Source: Okamejei kenojei
Lineage: Eukaryota
Assembly: GCA_035221665.1 (NCBI GenBank)
Contig: CM069143.1
Location: 42,780,001-42,843,855 of the forward strand
Direction: 5' to 3'
Length of the DNA stretch: 63,855 nucleotides
The position numbers and the translations under genes are program-made. The first letter of the stretch is position 1. The number at the start of each line of letters is the position of its first letter. Below are positions 25,610 to 39,185 of the stretch, one piece after another. The notes under the pieces were generated by a model. It worked only from the letters and a program-made list of their open reading frames with translations, was not told the DNA's origin and searched no databases.

Positions 25610-28600
25610 ACCATATAACCATATAACAATTACAGCACGGAAACAGGCCCTCTCGGCCCTTCCAGTCCGTGCCGACCATTTGTTTTCCCCTAGTCCCATC
25701 TACCTGCACTCAGACCATACCCCTCCATTCCCTTCACTTCCATATACCTATCCACTTTACTCTTAAATGTTAAAATCGATCCTGCCTCCACCACTTCTGC
25801 TGGAAGCTGATTCCACACAGCCACCACCCTCTGAGTAAAGAAGTTCCCCCTCACGTTACCCCGAAACCTCTGTCCCTTAATTCTCATGTCATGCCCTCTT
25901 GTTTGAAACTTCCCTACCCTCAATGGGAAAAACGTATCCACGTCAACTCTGTCTATCCCTTTCATCATTTTAAAGTCCTCAATCAAGTCCCCCCTTAACC
26001 TTCTGCGCTCCAAAGAATAAAGACCTAACTTGTTCAACCTTTCTTTGTAACATAGTTGCTGGAACCCTGGCAACATTCTAGTAAATCTCCTCTGTACTCT
26101 ATTTTGTTGACATCCTTCCTATAACTAGGCGACCAAAATTGTACACCATACTCCAGAATTGGTCTTACCAATGCCTTGTACAATTTTAACATTACTTCCC
26201 TACTCCTATATTCAATGCTCTGATTTATAAAGGCCAGCACACCAAAGGCTTTCTTTACCACCCTATCTACATGCGATTCAACCTTCAGGGAACTATGCAC
26301 AGTTATTCCTAGATCCCTCTGTTCCACAGCATTCCTTAATTCCCTACCATTTACCATGTACGTCCTATTTTGATTTGTCCTGCCAAGATGTAGCACTTCA
26401 CACTTATCAGCGTTAAACTCCATCTGCCATCTTTCAGCCCACTTTTCCAAATGGCCCAAATCTCTCTGTAGACTTTGAAAATCTATTTCATTATCCACAA
26501 CACCACCTATCTTAGTATCATCTGCATACTTACTTATCCAATTTTCCACCCCATCATCCAGATCATTGATGTACATGACAAACAACAGTGGACCCAACAC
26601 AGATCCCTGAGGCACCCCACTGGTCACCGGCTTCCAACCTGACAAACAGCCATCCACCATTACTCTCTGACATCTCCCATTCAGCCACTGTTGAATCCAT
26701 CTTGCTACTCCGCCATTAACACCCAAAGAATGAACCTTCTTAACCAACCTTCCATGGGGAACCTTGTCAAAGGCCTTACTGAAATCCATATAGACAACAT
26801 CCACTGCTTTACCCTCATCAATTTCCCTAGTTACCGCTTCAAAAAATTCAATAAGGTTTGTCAAACATGACCTTCCAGGCACAAATCCATGTTGACTGTT
26901 CCTGATCAGACCCTGTTTATCCAGATGCTTATATATATTATCTCTAAGTATCCTTTCCATTAATTTGCCCACCACTGACGTCAAACTAATAGGTCTATAA
27001 TTGCTAGGTTTATTCTTTGAACCCTTTTTAAACAATGGAACAACATGCGCAGTACGCCAATCCTCCGGCACTATTCCCGTTTCTAATGACATTTGAAATA
27101 TTTCTGTCATAGCTCCTGCTATTTCTACACTAACTTCCCTCAATGTCCTAGGGAATATCCTGTCAGGACCTGGAGACTTATCCACTTTTATATTTTTCAA
27201 AAGTGTCAGTACTTCCTCCTCTTTGAATCTCATAGTTTCCATAGCTACTCTACTCTTTCCCCTTAACTCACCGAGTTCAATATCCTTCTCCTTGGTGAAT
27301 ACCGAAGAAAAGAAATTGTTCAATATCTCCCCCATCTCTTTTGGCTCTGCAGATAGCTGTCCATTCTGGTTCTCTAATGGTCCAATTTTATCCCTTGTTA
27401 TCCTTTTGCTATTAATATAGCTGTAGAAACCCTTTGGGTTTACTTTCACCTTTCTTGCCAAAGGAACCTCATATCTTCTTTTAGCCTTCCTAATTTCTTT
27501 CTTAAGATTCTTTTTACATTCTTTATACTCCTCTAGCACCTCATTTACTCCATGCCTCCTATAATTATTGTAGATATCTCTCTTTTTTCGAAACAAGTGT
27601 CCAATTTCCCTTGAAAACCATGGCTCTTTCCAATTTTTACTATTTCCTTTCAACCTAACAGGGACATAAAGATTCTGTACTCTTACAATTTCCCCTTTAA
27701 AAGTCCTCCATTTCTCTTCTACATCCTTCCCATGAAACAAAGTGTCCCAATTCACTCCTTTAAAATCCTTACGCATTCCCTCAAAGTTAGCCTTTCTCCA
27801 ATCAAAAATCTCTACCCTAGGTCCAGTTCTGACTCTCTCCATAATTATATTGAAACTAATGGTATTGTGATCACTGGTCCCGAAGTGCTCACCAACGCAT
27901 ACCTCCGTCACCTGACCTGCCTCATTTCCTAACAGGAGGTCCAGCAGTGCCCCTTCTCTGGTCGATACCTCTATGTACTGCTGCAAAAAACTACCCTGCA
28001 CATATTTTACAAACTCCAAACCATCCAGCCCATTTACAGAATGTGTTTCCCAGTCTATTTTTGGAAAATTGAAATCTCCCACAATCACTACCTTGTGCTT
28101 ACTACTAATATCTGCTATCTCCTTACATATTTGCTCTTCCAATTCACGCTACCCATTTGGCAGTCTATAATACACCCCTAAAAGTGTTGCTACACCGTTC
28201 CCACTTCTCAGTTCCACCCAAATAGCCTCCCTAGACGAGCCCTCTAATCTATCCTGCCAATGCACTGCTGTAATATCTTCTCTGACAAGCAATGCAACAC
28301 CTCCCCCTCTGGTCCCTCCAATTCTATCACACCTGAAGCAACGAAATCCTGGAATATTTAGTTTCCAATCACAGCCCTCCTGCAACCATGTTTCACTGAT
28401 TGCCACAACATCATATTTCCAGGTGTCAATCCAGGCTCTAAGTTCGTCCACCTTACTTACAATGCTCCTAGCATTAAAATATGCACATTTTAGAAACCCA
28501 CCATCCCTTATTCTCGGTCTATTATCTTTTTCATCTTTCTCGCCTACATTTTGGATCCGAGTGCTTCCCTTCTCTGCCTCTTGCCCCACACCCTGACCCC

Positions 28601-28779
28601 TAGCCCCCTCTACCAGAGTCCCTCCCCCCAGCCTTTCTAGTTTAAAGTCTCCCCAGTAGCCTTTGCAAATCTCCCTGCCAGGATATTGGTCCCCCTCGGG
28701 CTCAAGTGCAACCCGTCCTTTGTGTACAGATCATGCCTTCCCCAAAAGAGGTCCCAGTGATCAAGAAACTTGAATCCCT
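25610..28779 (-). mobile_element. Young CR1 LINE: end of ORF1 esterase plus nearly intact ORF2 (APE-RT)
   Basis: ORF1 end FLDHWDLFWGR..DGLH; EN at 28149-28589; 702-aa ORF with DFSKAFD, GVPQGSVLGP, YADD; one TAG near 28150 and one frameshift near 26095; TSD AACATA at 25604-25609 and 28780-28785. Confidence 0.95.
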
Positions 28780-29049
28780 AACATAGAGACCTATTTTTGA
28801 AATTGAATTCAAAACTATTTAGCAAACATAAATAAAGTCTTTATTATATCATGGTAATGAAAGTCTGTGGTCGATGTGTCAGTAAGGAGGGAACAGTTAT
28901 TTAAATTCTGGTCAGATAGATCATGACTTTTAGTAATCTTTCAATAATATAGTTTAATCCCCAAAACCGTGTTCCTCTGTGTCAATCTGATTGGTATTGT
29001 CAGGAAAAAGGAAAAACCATTTTATCAATTTGTGTCAACAATCTTTAAT

Positions 29050-29102
29050 GATTATAATCTGATTAATTTATTGATAAACAATAAATTAATCAGATTATAA
29101 TC
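29050..29102. repeat. Perfect 24-bp AT-rich palindrome with 5-nt loop
   Basis: GATTATAATCTGATTAATTTATTG-ATAAA-CAATAAATTAATCAGATTATAATC. Confidence 0.95.
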
Positions 29103-29212
29103 CTTTGGTCAGAGAACATTGCAGATTAGAAAGCGCACTAAATTCCAGACTGTAGAAGAAGACAACCTCAATATTCAATGAATTGCTTTTTAAAAAAGAT
29201 AGTTTAAATTGC

Positions 29213-29345
29213 CGAGACACAAAGAATTGCAGATGCTGGAATCGTGTGCAATACACAAGGTATTGAAGGAACTCAGCGAGTCTGGCATCTGCGGATGAAA
29301 ATGGACAGATGACATGTAGGGTTGGATTCCTTCTTCAGACTGATT
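29213..29345 (-). mobile_element. PLE 3' tail
   Basis: gacacaaagaattgcagatgctggaatc..ccttcttcagact. Confidence 0.7.
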
Positions 29346-29351
29346 TGAGAA

Positions 29352-30955
29352 GAAACATAGAAACATAGAAAATAGGTGCAGGAGTAGGCCATTCGGCCCT
29401 TCGAGCCTGCACTGCCATTCAATATGATCATGGCTGATCATCCAACTCAGTATCCTGTACCTGCTTCTCTCCATACCCCCTAATCCCTTTAGCCAGAAGG
29501 GCCACATCTAACTCCCTCTTAAATACAGCCAATGAACTGGCCTCAACTACATTCTGTGGCAGAGAATTCCACAGATTCACCACTCTCTGTGTGAAAAATT
29601 ATTTTCTCATCTCGTTCCTAAAATACTTCCCTCTTATCCTTAAACTGTGACCCCTTGTTCTGGACTGCCCCAACATCAGGAACAATCTTCCTATATCTAG
29701 CCTGTCCAACCCCTTAAGAATTTTGTAAGTCTCTATAAGATCCCCCCTTCTAAATTCCAGCGAGTACAAGCCAAGTCTATTTAGTCTTTCATCATATGCA
29801 AGGCCTGTCATCCCAGGAATCAGTCTGGTGAACCTTCTCTGTACTCCCTCTATGGCAAGAATGTCTTACCTCAGATTAGGAGACCAAAACTGTACGCAAT
29901 ACTCCAGTTGTGGTCTCACCAAGACCCTGTACAACTACAGTAGAACCTCCCTGCTCTTGTACTCAAATCCTTTTGCTATGAATGCCAACATACCATTCAC
30001 TTTCTTCACTGCCTGCTGCACCTGCATGCCTACTTTCAATGACTGGTGTACCATGACACCCAGGTCTCGTTGCATCTCCCCTTTTCCTAATCGGCCACCA
30101 TACAGATAATAGTCTACTTTCCTGTTTTTGCCATCAAAGTGGATAACCTCACATTTATCCACATTATACTGCATCTGCCATGCATTTGCCCACTCACCAA
30201 ACCTATCCAAGTCACCTTGCAGCCTCCAAGCATCCTCCTCACAGCTAACACTGCCCCCCAGCTTCGTGTCACCCGCAAACTTGGAGATGTTGTATTCAAT
30301 TCCCTCATCCAGATCATTAATATATATTGTAAATAGCTGTGGTCCCAGCACTGAGCCTTGCGGTACCCCACTAGTCACTGCCTGCCATTTTGAAAAGGAC
30401 CCGTTTACTCCTACTCTTTGCTTCCTGTCTGCCAGCCAGTTCTCTATCCACATCAATACTGAACCCCCAATACCGTGTGCTTTAAGTTTGTATACTAATC
30501 TCTTATGTGGGACCTTGTCGAAAGCCTTCTGAAAGTCCAGATATAACACATCCGCTGGTTCTCCCTTATCCACTCTGCTAGTTACATCCTCGAAAAATTC
30601 AATATGATTCGTCAGACATAATTTACCTTTCATAAATCCATGCTGACTTTGTCCAATGATTTCACCACTTTCCAAATGTGCTGCCATCCCATCTTTAATA
30701 ACTGACTCTAGCAATTTTCCCACTACCGATGTTAGACTAACTGGTCTGTAATTCCCCGTTTTCTCTCTCCCTCCCTTTTTAAAAAGTGGCGTTACATTAG
30801 CTACCCTTCAATCCTCAGGAACTACTCCAGAATCTAAAGAGTTTTGAAAAATTATCACTAATGCATCCACTATTTCTGGGGCTACTTCCTTAAGTACTCT
30901 GGGACGCAGCCTATCTGGCCCTGGGGATTTATCGGCCTTTAATCCATTCAATGTA
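29352..30955 (-). mobile_element. CR1 LINE, 5'-truncated (RT)
   Basis: 262-aa RT ORF ([18 protein letters not shown]); (TAGAAACA)n tail; close relative of 43927-45705. Confidence 0.95.
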
Positions 30956-31139
30956 CCTCGGGGAGAGATGGGGAGAGAAATCTGGAAAAGAGAGGTAAGG
31001 GGAGGGGTGGTGATCAGCAGATGCGCGGAGTACGTGAGAATGGCTTGAGGTGAAAAGGAAGCAAATATGGACAGATAAAGAAAGAAGAAGAGGAGAGAAA
31101 TGTAAAGATGGAAGGTGTTGGGGGATGGGAAAGAGGCAG

Positions 31140-31910
31140 GGCAAAGTGTGTGGAGTCATGCAATTTGGTAGTAGGTATAAAGACAGACTATTTTCTAATT
31201 TAGAAATCAGAGATGCAAAGGGACTTAGGAGTGTTGGTTCAAGATTCCCAAAAAGTTAATTTGCAAGTCGCATCACTAATAAGGAAGGCAAATGCAATGC
31301 TAGCATTTATTTAGAGAGGACTAGAATATAAAAACAGAGATGTAATGCTGACATTTTATAAGGCATTGGTCAGGCCGCATGTGGAGTATTGTGAGCAGTT
31401 TTGGGCCCTAATTCTAAGGAAGGCTGTTCTGGCGTTGGAGTGGTCCAGAGGAGGTTTATGAGAATGATCCCAGGAATGATTGGGTTAGCGTATGAAGAGT
31501 GTTTGAGGCATTTGGCCCTGTACTCACTGGAGTTTAGAAGGATGAGGGGGGAACCTCATTGCAACTTACTGAATAGTGAAAGGCCTGAATAGAGTGAATG
31601 AGGAGTGGATACTTCAGCTAGTTGGAGAGTCTAGGCCATAGCCTCAAAATAAAAGCAAGTACCTTTAGAAAGGAGGTGAGGAAGAATTTCTTCAGTCAGA
31701 GGGTGGTGAATGTGGAATTCATTGCCACAAAGGTTATGGAGGCCAAATCAATGGATATTTTTAAGGCAGAAATTGACGAATATCTGATTATTAAAGGTGT
31801 CAAGGGTAATGGGGAGAAGGCAGAAGAATGGGGTTGAGAGGGAAAGATAGATCAGCCATGATTGAATGGTGGAGTTGACCTGTTGAGCCAAATGGCCTAA
31901 TTCTGCTCCG
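31140..31910 (+). mobile_element. CR1 LINE 3' part
   Basis: LVRPHVEYCEQF, VQRRFMRMIPG, NFFSQRVVN and CR1 3' UTR. Confidence 0.85.
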
Positions 31911-33106
31911 AGTTCTAAAAACTAGGACAGAATAAAGTGTTCTGGGGATTCTGATGCAGACACTTCTGATATCTTGCTGGACTGGACAAACCATTAAATC
32001 CAAGGATGTTCTGCAATTTATTAAGAAGAAGGACTGGATAGACTTTGTAAGTAGCATGATCCATTCATTTGAATGGGTTCACTGAACTTAATTTAAAAGA
32101 TACATTATTTAAAAATAGTGAGCGAGGCCTTTGACACCATTCACTTGAAACCTAGCTGCCCCATGTGGACTCTTCTGCTTGAGGCTATGTAACAGTGGCT
32201 GCAATATCATTGGCAGCCACAATGCCATGGTAGGTTGCTGTGGCCAGATGGCTGGAGTAGAGAAGGGTGAGTGCAGGCATGAGTTTATTGAATATGATCC
32301 AGCCCACTAATTCAGTTGCTCTCTCCACAGATGTTGCCTCACTTGTTTAGATTTCCAGCACCTGCAATATTTTGTTCATGGGCACACGTAACATTTAAGA
32401 TGTGAAATAGAAGTTGCAGTTTATCTTATGAAGTTTTAAAATATGTTTGTTGGGCAATTTCTAAATGGTGAAATGAGAAAGGATTATGTTTGATCCTGAG
32501 ATTAGTGATTTTCAAAAGAATAGTGTAATTTCTTGATATTAGTGGTTGGGAAAGGCCATCATTTGTGAGCATGTCTACTCTCTAGTAATGTTTTTATTTC
32601 TACTAATATACTAAAAGCCCCACAATTCAGTCTTTTCTCTTTACTTTATATGTCTCTTTCAGGTTGTCACTATGTTGTTGCTGCTTTAAAATTAATAGGG
32701 CCTCTTTAAATTTATGTAAGGATTTATACAGTATTGGGAAGTGTTCCACCTGCTCTTCTTAAATCTTTACTATTATATCTCCCACCATGTGAAGCAATTA
32801 TTCGGTAACAAATATATCTGTAAAGACATCTTTAGTGCAAAAGTAGAATTGGATACTGAGCCACTTAGGCCATTTGGCCCATCAAGTCTACTGGTTATGC
32901 TTTTTTGTCTACCACAGTTTAATTGTAAACCCCCCACCACTGGTTGATAAGGTCTACCTTTTCCCTTCTTCCAGATGGTCTGCTTGTTGCCATGACTGAA
33001 GTATTTTCCCACCACTGTCCATCCTACCATGCATGTATGTTATCTTTTCCTGTTAGCATCTTAAAAGTTCGGGATGCTTTGTAACTGTAGCTCATTTTAT
33101 GTTTAG

Positions 33107-33178
33107 GGTAATCTGGTAGGAATTTGTGGCAGTGTGGGAAGTGGAAAAAGTTCCCTGATATCTGCTATCCTGGGTCAG
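33107..33178 (+). CDS. ABCC5: ABCC5-like exon (72 nt), NBD1 Walker A
   Basis: tag|...|gtaaga; GNLVGICGSVGSGKSSLISAILGQ. Confidence 0.97.
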
Positions 33179-33349
33179 GTAAGACCTGCTTCGATTAGAA
33201 ATATTTTCTCACAATTCTGTATATTCAATTCCATTAAGCTTTGTTTTACGGAATAAATATTATAGATACACCTTTGATTTTATCTTTTTTTTTAAATTGC
33301 TGTTTTTTTTTCTCTTTTTTTCCTTCCACCCACAATATTCAATATGTAA

Positions 33350-33511
33350 AAGAATATGTGATTCAGTTCCATTCTGTTTGCAGTTTGTTTGGTTGTTTTT
33401 TTGTTTGTTTTTTTGCATAAAGTCTGTGAGCATTGCCACTTTTCATTTCATTGCACATCTCGTATGTGCATGTGACGAATAAACTTGACTGACTGACTGA
33501 CTGACTGACTG
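33350..33511 (+). mobile_element. Rex-Babar-type retroposon 3' tail
   Basis: TTTCAT-TGCACAT(ctcgt)ATGTGCA-TGTGACGAATAAA then (GACT)n. Confidence 0.55.
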
Positions 33512-33734
33512 ATGTTTCATGTAAAAAAATAAGTTATTTAAAATAATTTTAGTTCTGAAAAACATGAGGAGTTGGGAAAGAACCTTCAATATTGGAGAAC
33601 TTGGTCACTTGGATGGGAGGTAGCAATGAGGTTAGTAAACCAGAATAAAACAAAATGATTGCATTATTGCATTGGCTTATTGCATTTTAAATTTGTAAAA
33701 CAGTTTTTTTCAACATGTGTCAACAGTGATTCAG

Positions 33735-34050
33735 AGATATCACTCTCACATCTGAAGATTGAACGTTAATGTTCCACTTGAGAGACCTAAGCACAAAAAC
33801 ATAGGTTGATAACTTGCAGTGCAATTCTGAGAAACCATTGTATTCTCTCGGAGATGCTGCCTTTCAATGTGTTTGAGGCTCCAATTGCCTTCTTGAGTGA
33901 CTATAAAAATATCACAATGGATTTCAAAATGAGTAGGAAAATTAACTTCAATGTCCAAAATGAAAAATATTTCTCAAAATATATTAAAACAAATTACCCA
34001 TTCAAATCAGATTTTTAGATTTTGCTTTATGCAGTATGGCTGCTGTGTCT
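33735..34050 (+). mobile_element. Ancient Deu-domain SINE (SacSINE1-like); a tail-like piece lies at about 37800-37855
   Basis: gagacctaagcacaaaaacataggttga..cagtgcaattctgag..ggagatgctgcctttc; tail ggtcataaaaggtgctatatgaatg. Confidence 0.55.
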
Positions 34051-34142
34051 TGTGGATTAATTTTCAAAGTAGGATCTGTGTACCTTGGGTGCGTAAAGGG
34101 ATGACAAGGATGATGGGTGATAGGTTAAAGAATGAGTCTTAA

Positions 34143-37100
34143 TAGACAATAGAAAATAGGTGCAGGAGTTGGCCATTCAGCCCTTTGAGCCAGCACCGCC
34201 ATTCAATATGATCATGACCGATCATCCACAATCAGTACCCCATTCCTGCCTTCTCGCCATATCCCCTGACTCCGCTATCTTTAAGAGCTCTATCTAACTC
34301 TCTCTTGAAAGCATCTAGAGATTTGGCCTCCACTGCCTTCTGAGGCAAATAATTCCACAGATTCACAACTCTATTCGTGAAAATGTTTTTCCTCATCTCT
34401 GTTCTAAATGGCCTACCCTTTAATCTTAAACTGTGGCCCCTGGTTGTGGATTCCCCTAACATCAGAAACATGTTTCCTGCCTCTATCGTGTCCAATCCCT
34501 TAATAATCATATATGTTTCAATAAGATCCCCTCTCATCCTTCTAAATTCCAGAGTACACAAGCCCAGCCATTCCATTCTATCAACATATGACAGTCCCAC
34601 CATCCCTGGAATTAATCTTGTTAGCCTATGCTGCACTCCCTCAATAGCGAGAATGTCCTTCCTCAAATTTGGAGACCAAAACTGCACACAGTACTCCAGG
34701 TGTGGTCTCACTCGGGCTCTGTACAACTGCAGAAGGGCCTCTTTGCTCCTATACTCTTGTTATGAAGGCCAACATGCCATTAGCTTTTGTCACTGCCTGC
34801 TGTACCTGCATGCTTATTTTCAGTGACTGATGAACACGGAGTCCCAGATCTCATTGTAATTCCCCTTTCCACAACTTGACACCATTCAGATAATATTCTG
34901 CCTTCCTGTTTTTGCCACCAAAGTGGATAACCTCACATTTATCCACATTAAACAGCATCTGCCTTACATCTGCCACTCACCCAACCTGTCCAAGTCACCC
35001 TGCATCCTCATAGCATCCTCCTCACAGTTCACACTGCCACCCAACTGTCATCTGCAAATTTGCTAATGTTCCTTTTAATCCCTTCATCTAAATCATTAAT
35101 GTATGTTGTAAATAGCTGCGGTCCCAGCACTGAGCCGTGCGGTATCCCACTAGTCACTGCCTGCCATTCTGAAAGGGACTCGTTAATCCCTATTCTTTGT
35201 TTAGTGTCTGCCAACCAATTTTCTATCCATGTCAGTACCCTACCCCCAATACCATGTGCTCTAATTTTGCCCACTAATCTCCTGTGGGACCTTATCAAAT
35301 GCTTTCTGAAAGTCCAGGTACACTACATCCACTGGCTCTCCCTTGTCCATTTTCCTAGTTACATCCTGAAAATTTTCCAGAAGATTAGTTAGGCATGATT
35401 TCCCTTTGGTAAATCCATGCTGACTCGGACTGATCCAAATGTGCCACTATTTCATCTTTTATAATTGACTCCAGCATCTTCCAGCTATCTTCAGGCTAAC
35501 TGGTCTATAATTCCCTGTTTTCTCTCTCCCACCTTTCTTAAAAAGTGGGATAACATTAGCTACCCTCCAATCCACATGAACTGATCCTGAATCCATAGAA
35601 CATTGGAAAATGATTACCAATTCGTCCACGATTTCTAGAGCCACTTCCTTAAGTACCCTGGGATGCAGACCATCAGGCCCTGGGGATTTATCAGCCTTCA
35701 ATGCCATCAGTCTACCCAACACAATTTCCTGCCTAATGTAAATTTTCTTTAGTTCCTCCGTCACCTTAGATCCTCTGGCCACTAGTACATCAGGAGATTG
35801 TTTGTGTCTTCCTTTGTGAAGATTGGTCCAAAGTACCTGTTCAACTCGACTGCCATTTCCTTGCTCCCCATAATAAATTCATCTGTTTCAGTCTTCAAGG
35901 GTCCAACTTTGATCTTAACTAATTTTTTCCTCACATATCGAAATAAGCTTTTACTATCCTCCTTTATATTCTTGGCTAACTTACCTTCGTACCTCATCTT
36001 TTCCCCCTGTATTGCCTTGTTTAGTTATTTTCTGTTGCTCTTTAAAAGTTTCCCAATGCTCTGCTTCCCGCTCATCTTTGCTATGTTATACTTTTTTATT
36101 TTTATACTGTCCTTGACTTTCCTTGTCAGCCATGGTCACCCCTTACTCCCCTTGGAATCTTTCTTTCTCTTTGAAATGAGCTGATCCTGCATCTTCTGTA
36201 TTATTCCCAGAAATACCTGCCATTGTTGTTCCACTGTCATCCCTGCTAGGGTATCTTTCCAGTCAACTTTGGCCATCTCCTCCCTCATGGCTCCATAGTC
36301 CCCTTTGTTCAACTATAATACTGACAATTCCAATTTTCACTTCTTCCTCTCAAATTGTAGATTAAAACTTATCATATTACGGTCACTACTTCCTAATGGC
36401 TCCTTTACCTCAAGTTCCCTTATCAAATCCGGTTCATTACACAACACTAAATCCATAATTGCCTTCTCCGTGGTAAGCTCCAGTACAAGCTGCTCTAAGA
36501 ATCCATCACTAAGGATCTCTTATCCCTTCCTGAGCTTTTTGCCTGTTAATTCTGGTGTCTTTCTTAACTTTTCTTATACTCTCTTTCCCTTTAACTCCAT
36601 CCTTATATCTCCAGTTGGTCTCCTCCCCACCACTATTTAGTTTAAACCCACCCATGTAGCAGTGGCAAACCTGCCTGCCAGAATGCTGATCGGCCTGTTA
36701 AGGTGCAACCCATCCATTTAGTACCATTCACCCATCCCCCAAAACAGATCCAGTGGTCTAAGAATCTAAATCCCTGCCTCCCACACCAGCTCCCCAGCTG
36801 CACATTCAGATCCCCTATCTCTCTGTTCCTGCCCTCACCAGCACGAGGAAGCAAACCATAGAGAAACCCACCCTCGATGTTCTGCTTTTCAGTCTTCTTC
36901 TGAGTTCTCTGAAGTCACGCTGCAGAATGTCTTTCCTCTTCTTCCCGACGTCATTTGTGCTGACATGCACTACCGCTTCCGGCTGCTCACCTTCACCCTT
37001 GAGGATACCCTGCAATTGCTCCATGACGTCTTGGATCCTGGCACCAGGGAGGCAACACACCGTCATTGAATCCCGCCTGTTGCCACAGAAACCCCTGTCT

Positions 37101-37690
37101 GTACCTCTCACGATGAAGTCCCCGACTACCATGGCTCTGCCTGACGTCTGCATCTTCGGTTTTGCCTCAGCGCCATGTTTTGACTCGCAGACCTGTCCCC
37201 TGTCCCCCGCTCATCATGGCAGTGCCTCCTGTCCCGAAAGCTTCCAAGAGGAACAGAAGACACTGTCCCTCTTGGACTCCTGTACACGTCCCCCGTGGTC
37301 CCCTGTACTCCAAGCTTCCTTCCCTTCCCCATCGTCACCCACCTTCTCTATTCGGGTATCTTCGGTGTAACGATCTTACTGTAGGTCTTGTTCAGGAAAC
37401 TCTCGTTTTCCCGGATGATTCTGAGGTCATCACGTTGCTTCTCCAGTGCCCCGACACGGTCCTTCAGGAGCTGAACCTGGACACACTTACCACAGTTGTA
37501 GCAGCCAGACGCACCATCAGTGTCCCTGACCTCCCACATCCCGCAAGCCTCACACTGAATCAGCTTAACCTTCATATTTTCACCACGTCCCGTCCTCTCC
37601 AACTTTTGGCGTAGGCTCCTCTCAGCCTCGTCGCCGAAGACTCTCTGCTTCTTTAAATAAACACTTGCCCACAAACTGGGGAACATGTTA
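34143..37690 (-). mobile_element. Near full-length degenerate CR1 LINE: ORF1 zinc finger plus SGNH esterase; ORF2 with EN deletion
   Basis: CEACGMWE..CGKCVQ; VVGDFIVRG..CLPGAR..HVSTND; RT fragments; (TAGACAA) tail. Confidence 0.92.
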
Positions 37691-38504
37691 TTATTTAGTC
37701 ACTTTCAGTGACTGAAAATAGGTTACCTGATTAAATATTTGAAAATTATTAGTTTTGTATTAAAGAATAACACCACATCAGAATTACTAAAATAGTTGCA
37801 TGAAGTTTTAAGACATACTTTGGTCATAAAAGGTGCTATATGAATGGAACAGCTTTACCCAAGTTGCACATTTTCATGTACTTCAAATTTACTACAATGA
37901 ATAGCCATGCTTCAAATTAATATTATGTCATGTGAATTTCACAATGTAATGATTTTTGTATTGCTTGGTTACAAATGGATCATAATTGTTTGGAGAATAC
38001 TTCATTTGGATATTATTTTTATAATTACAATTTTATGTTTGGTAATTGAATCCTTGCTGGCATTGCAGGTAAATTAAATCCATTGCAAGAGTGGATTGAA
38101 CCATGCTGATTCTGATACAATCACTAAAGGCAGAGTGAAGGCATTTTCTTGCATTATTAAAGCAAAAGCGATGCAAAGCAATCTGCTGGATATGTCACAG
38201 CCACTCCAGGTCAATTGGAAAAAAAATACTTCATCCATGAAAACACATTTGCTTAATTAACTGGTATCCTTGAAGATGAACATATCTCTGCCCCTCAGCA
38301 TTATGCATAACTGTTCATTAAGTGATGTCATTCATAAAGTTTTAATGTAATGCAGTTACATTTAATAACTTGGGTGGGTAAATAAGCCTATGGTTTATTC
38401 AAGAATGAAATTATATAAACATTAAAGTGAGTTGAATTAGTTTAATAGTCTTTCCTAAATTAAATATTTCTGTAAAACTACTTTTGCGTCAAACACATTT
38501 GCTT

Positions 38505-39185
38505 ATAGGTACAGCAGGCAGTGAAGAAAACTAATGGCATGTTGGCCTTCATTGCGAGAGAATTTGAGTTTAGAAGGAAGGAGGTCCTACTGCAGTTGTA
38601 CAGGGCCCTGGTGAGACCACACCTGGAGTATAGTGTGCAATTTTGGTCTCCTAATTTGAGGAAGGACATTCTTGATATTGAGGGAGTGCAGCTTTGGTTC
38701 ACCAGGTTAATTCCCGGGATGGTGGGACTGACATATGATGAAAGAATGGGTCGAATGGGCTTGTATTCACTAGAATTTAGAAGGATGAGAGGGAATCTTA
38801 TTGAAACATATAAAATTCTTAAAGGATGGACAGGCTAGATGCAGGAAAAATGTTCCCGAGGTTGGGGAGTCAAGAACTAGGGGTTACAGTTTAAGAATAA
38901 GGGGTAGGCCATTTAGGACTGAGATGAGGAAAAACATTTTCACCCAAAGAGTTGTGAATCTGTGGAATTCTCTGTCACAGACGGCAGTGGAGGCCAATTC
39001 ACTGGGAGTTTTCAAGAGAGTTAGATTTCGTTTTTCGGGCTAAAGGAATCAAGGAATATGGGGAAAAAGCAGAAACAGGGTACTGATTTTAGATGATCAT
39101 CCATGATCATATTGAATGGCGATGCTGTCTCGAAGGGCCGAATGGCCTACTCCTGCACCTATTTTTCTATGTTTCTCTATGTTTC
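38505..39185 (+). mobile_element. CR1 LINE 3' part
   Basis: KKTNGMLAFIAR..RPHLEY..LEFRRMRG; (CTATGTTT) tail. Confidence 0.9.
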
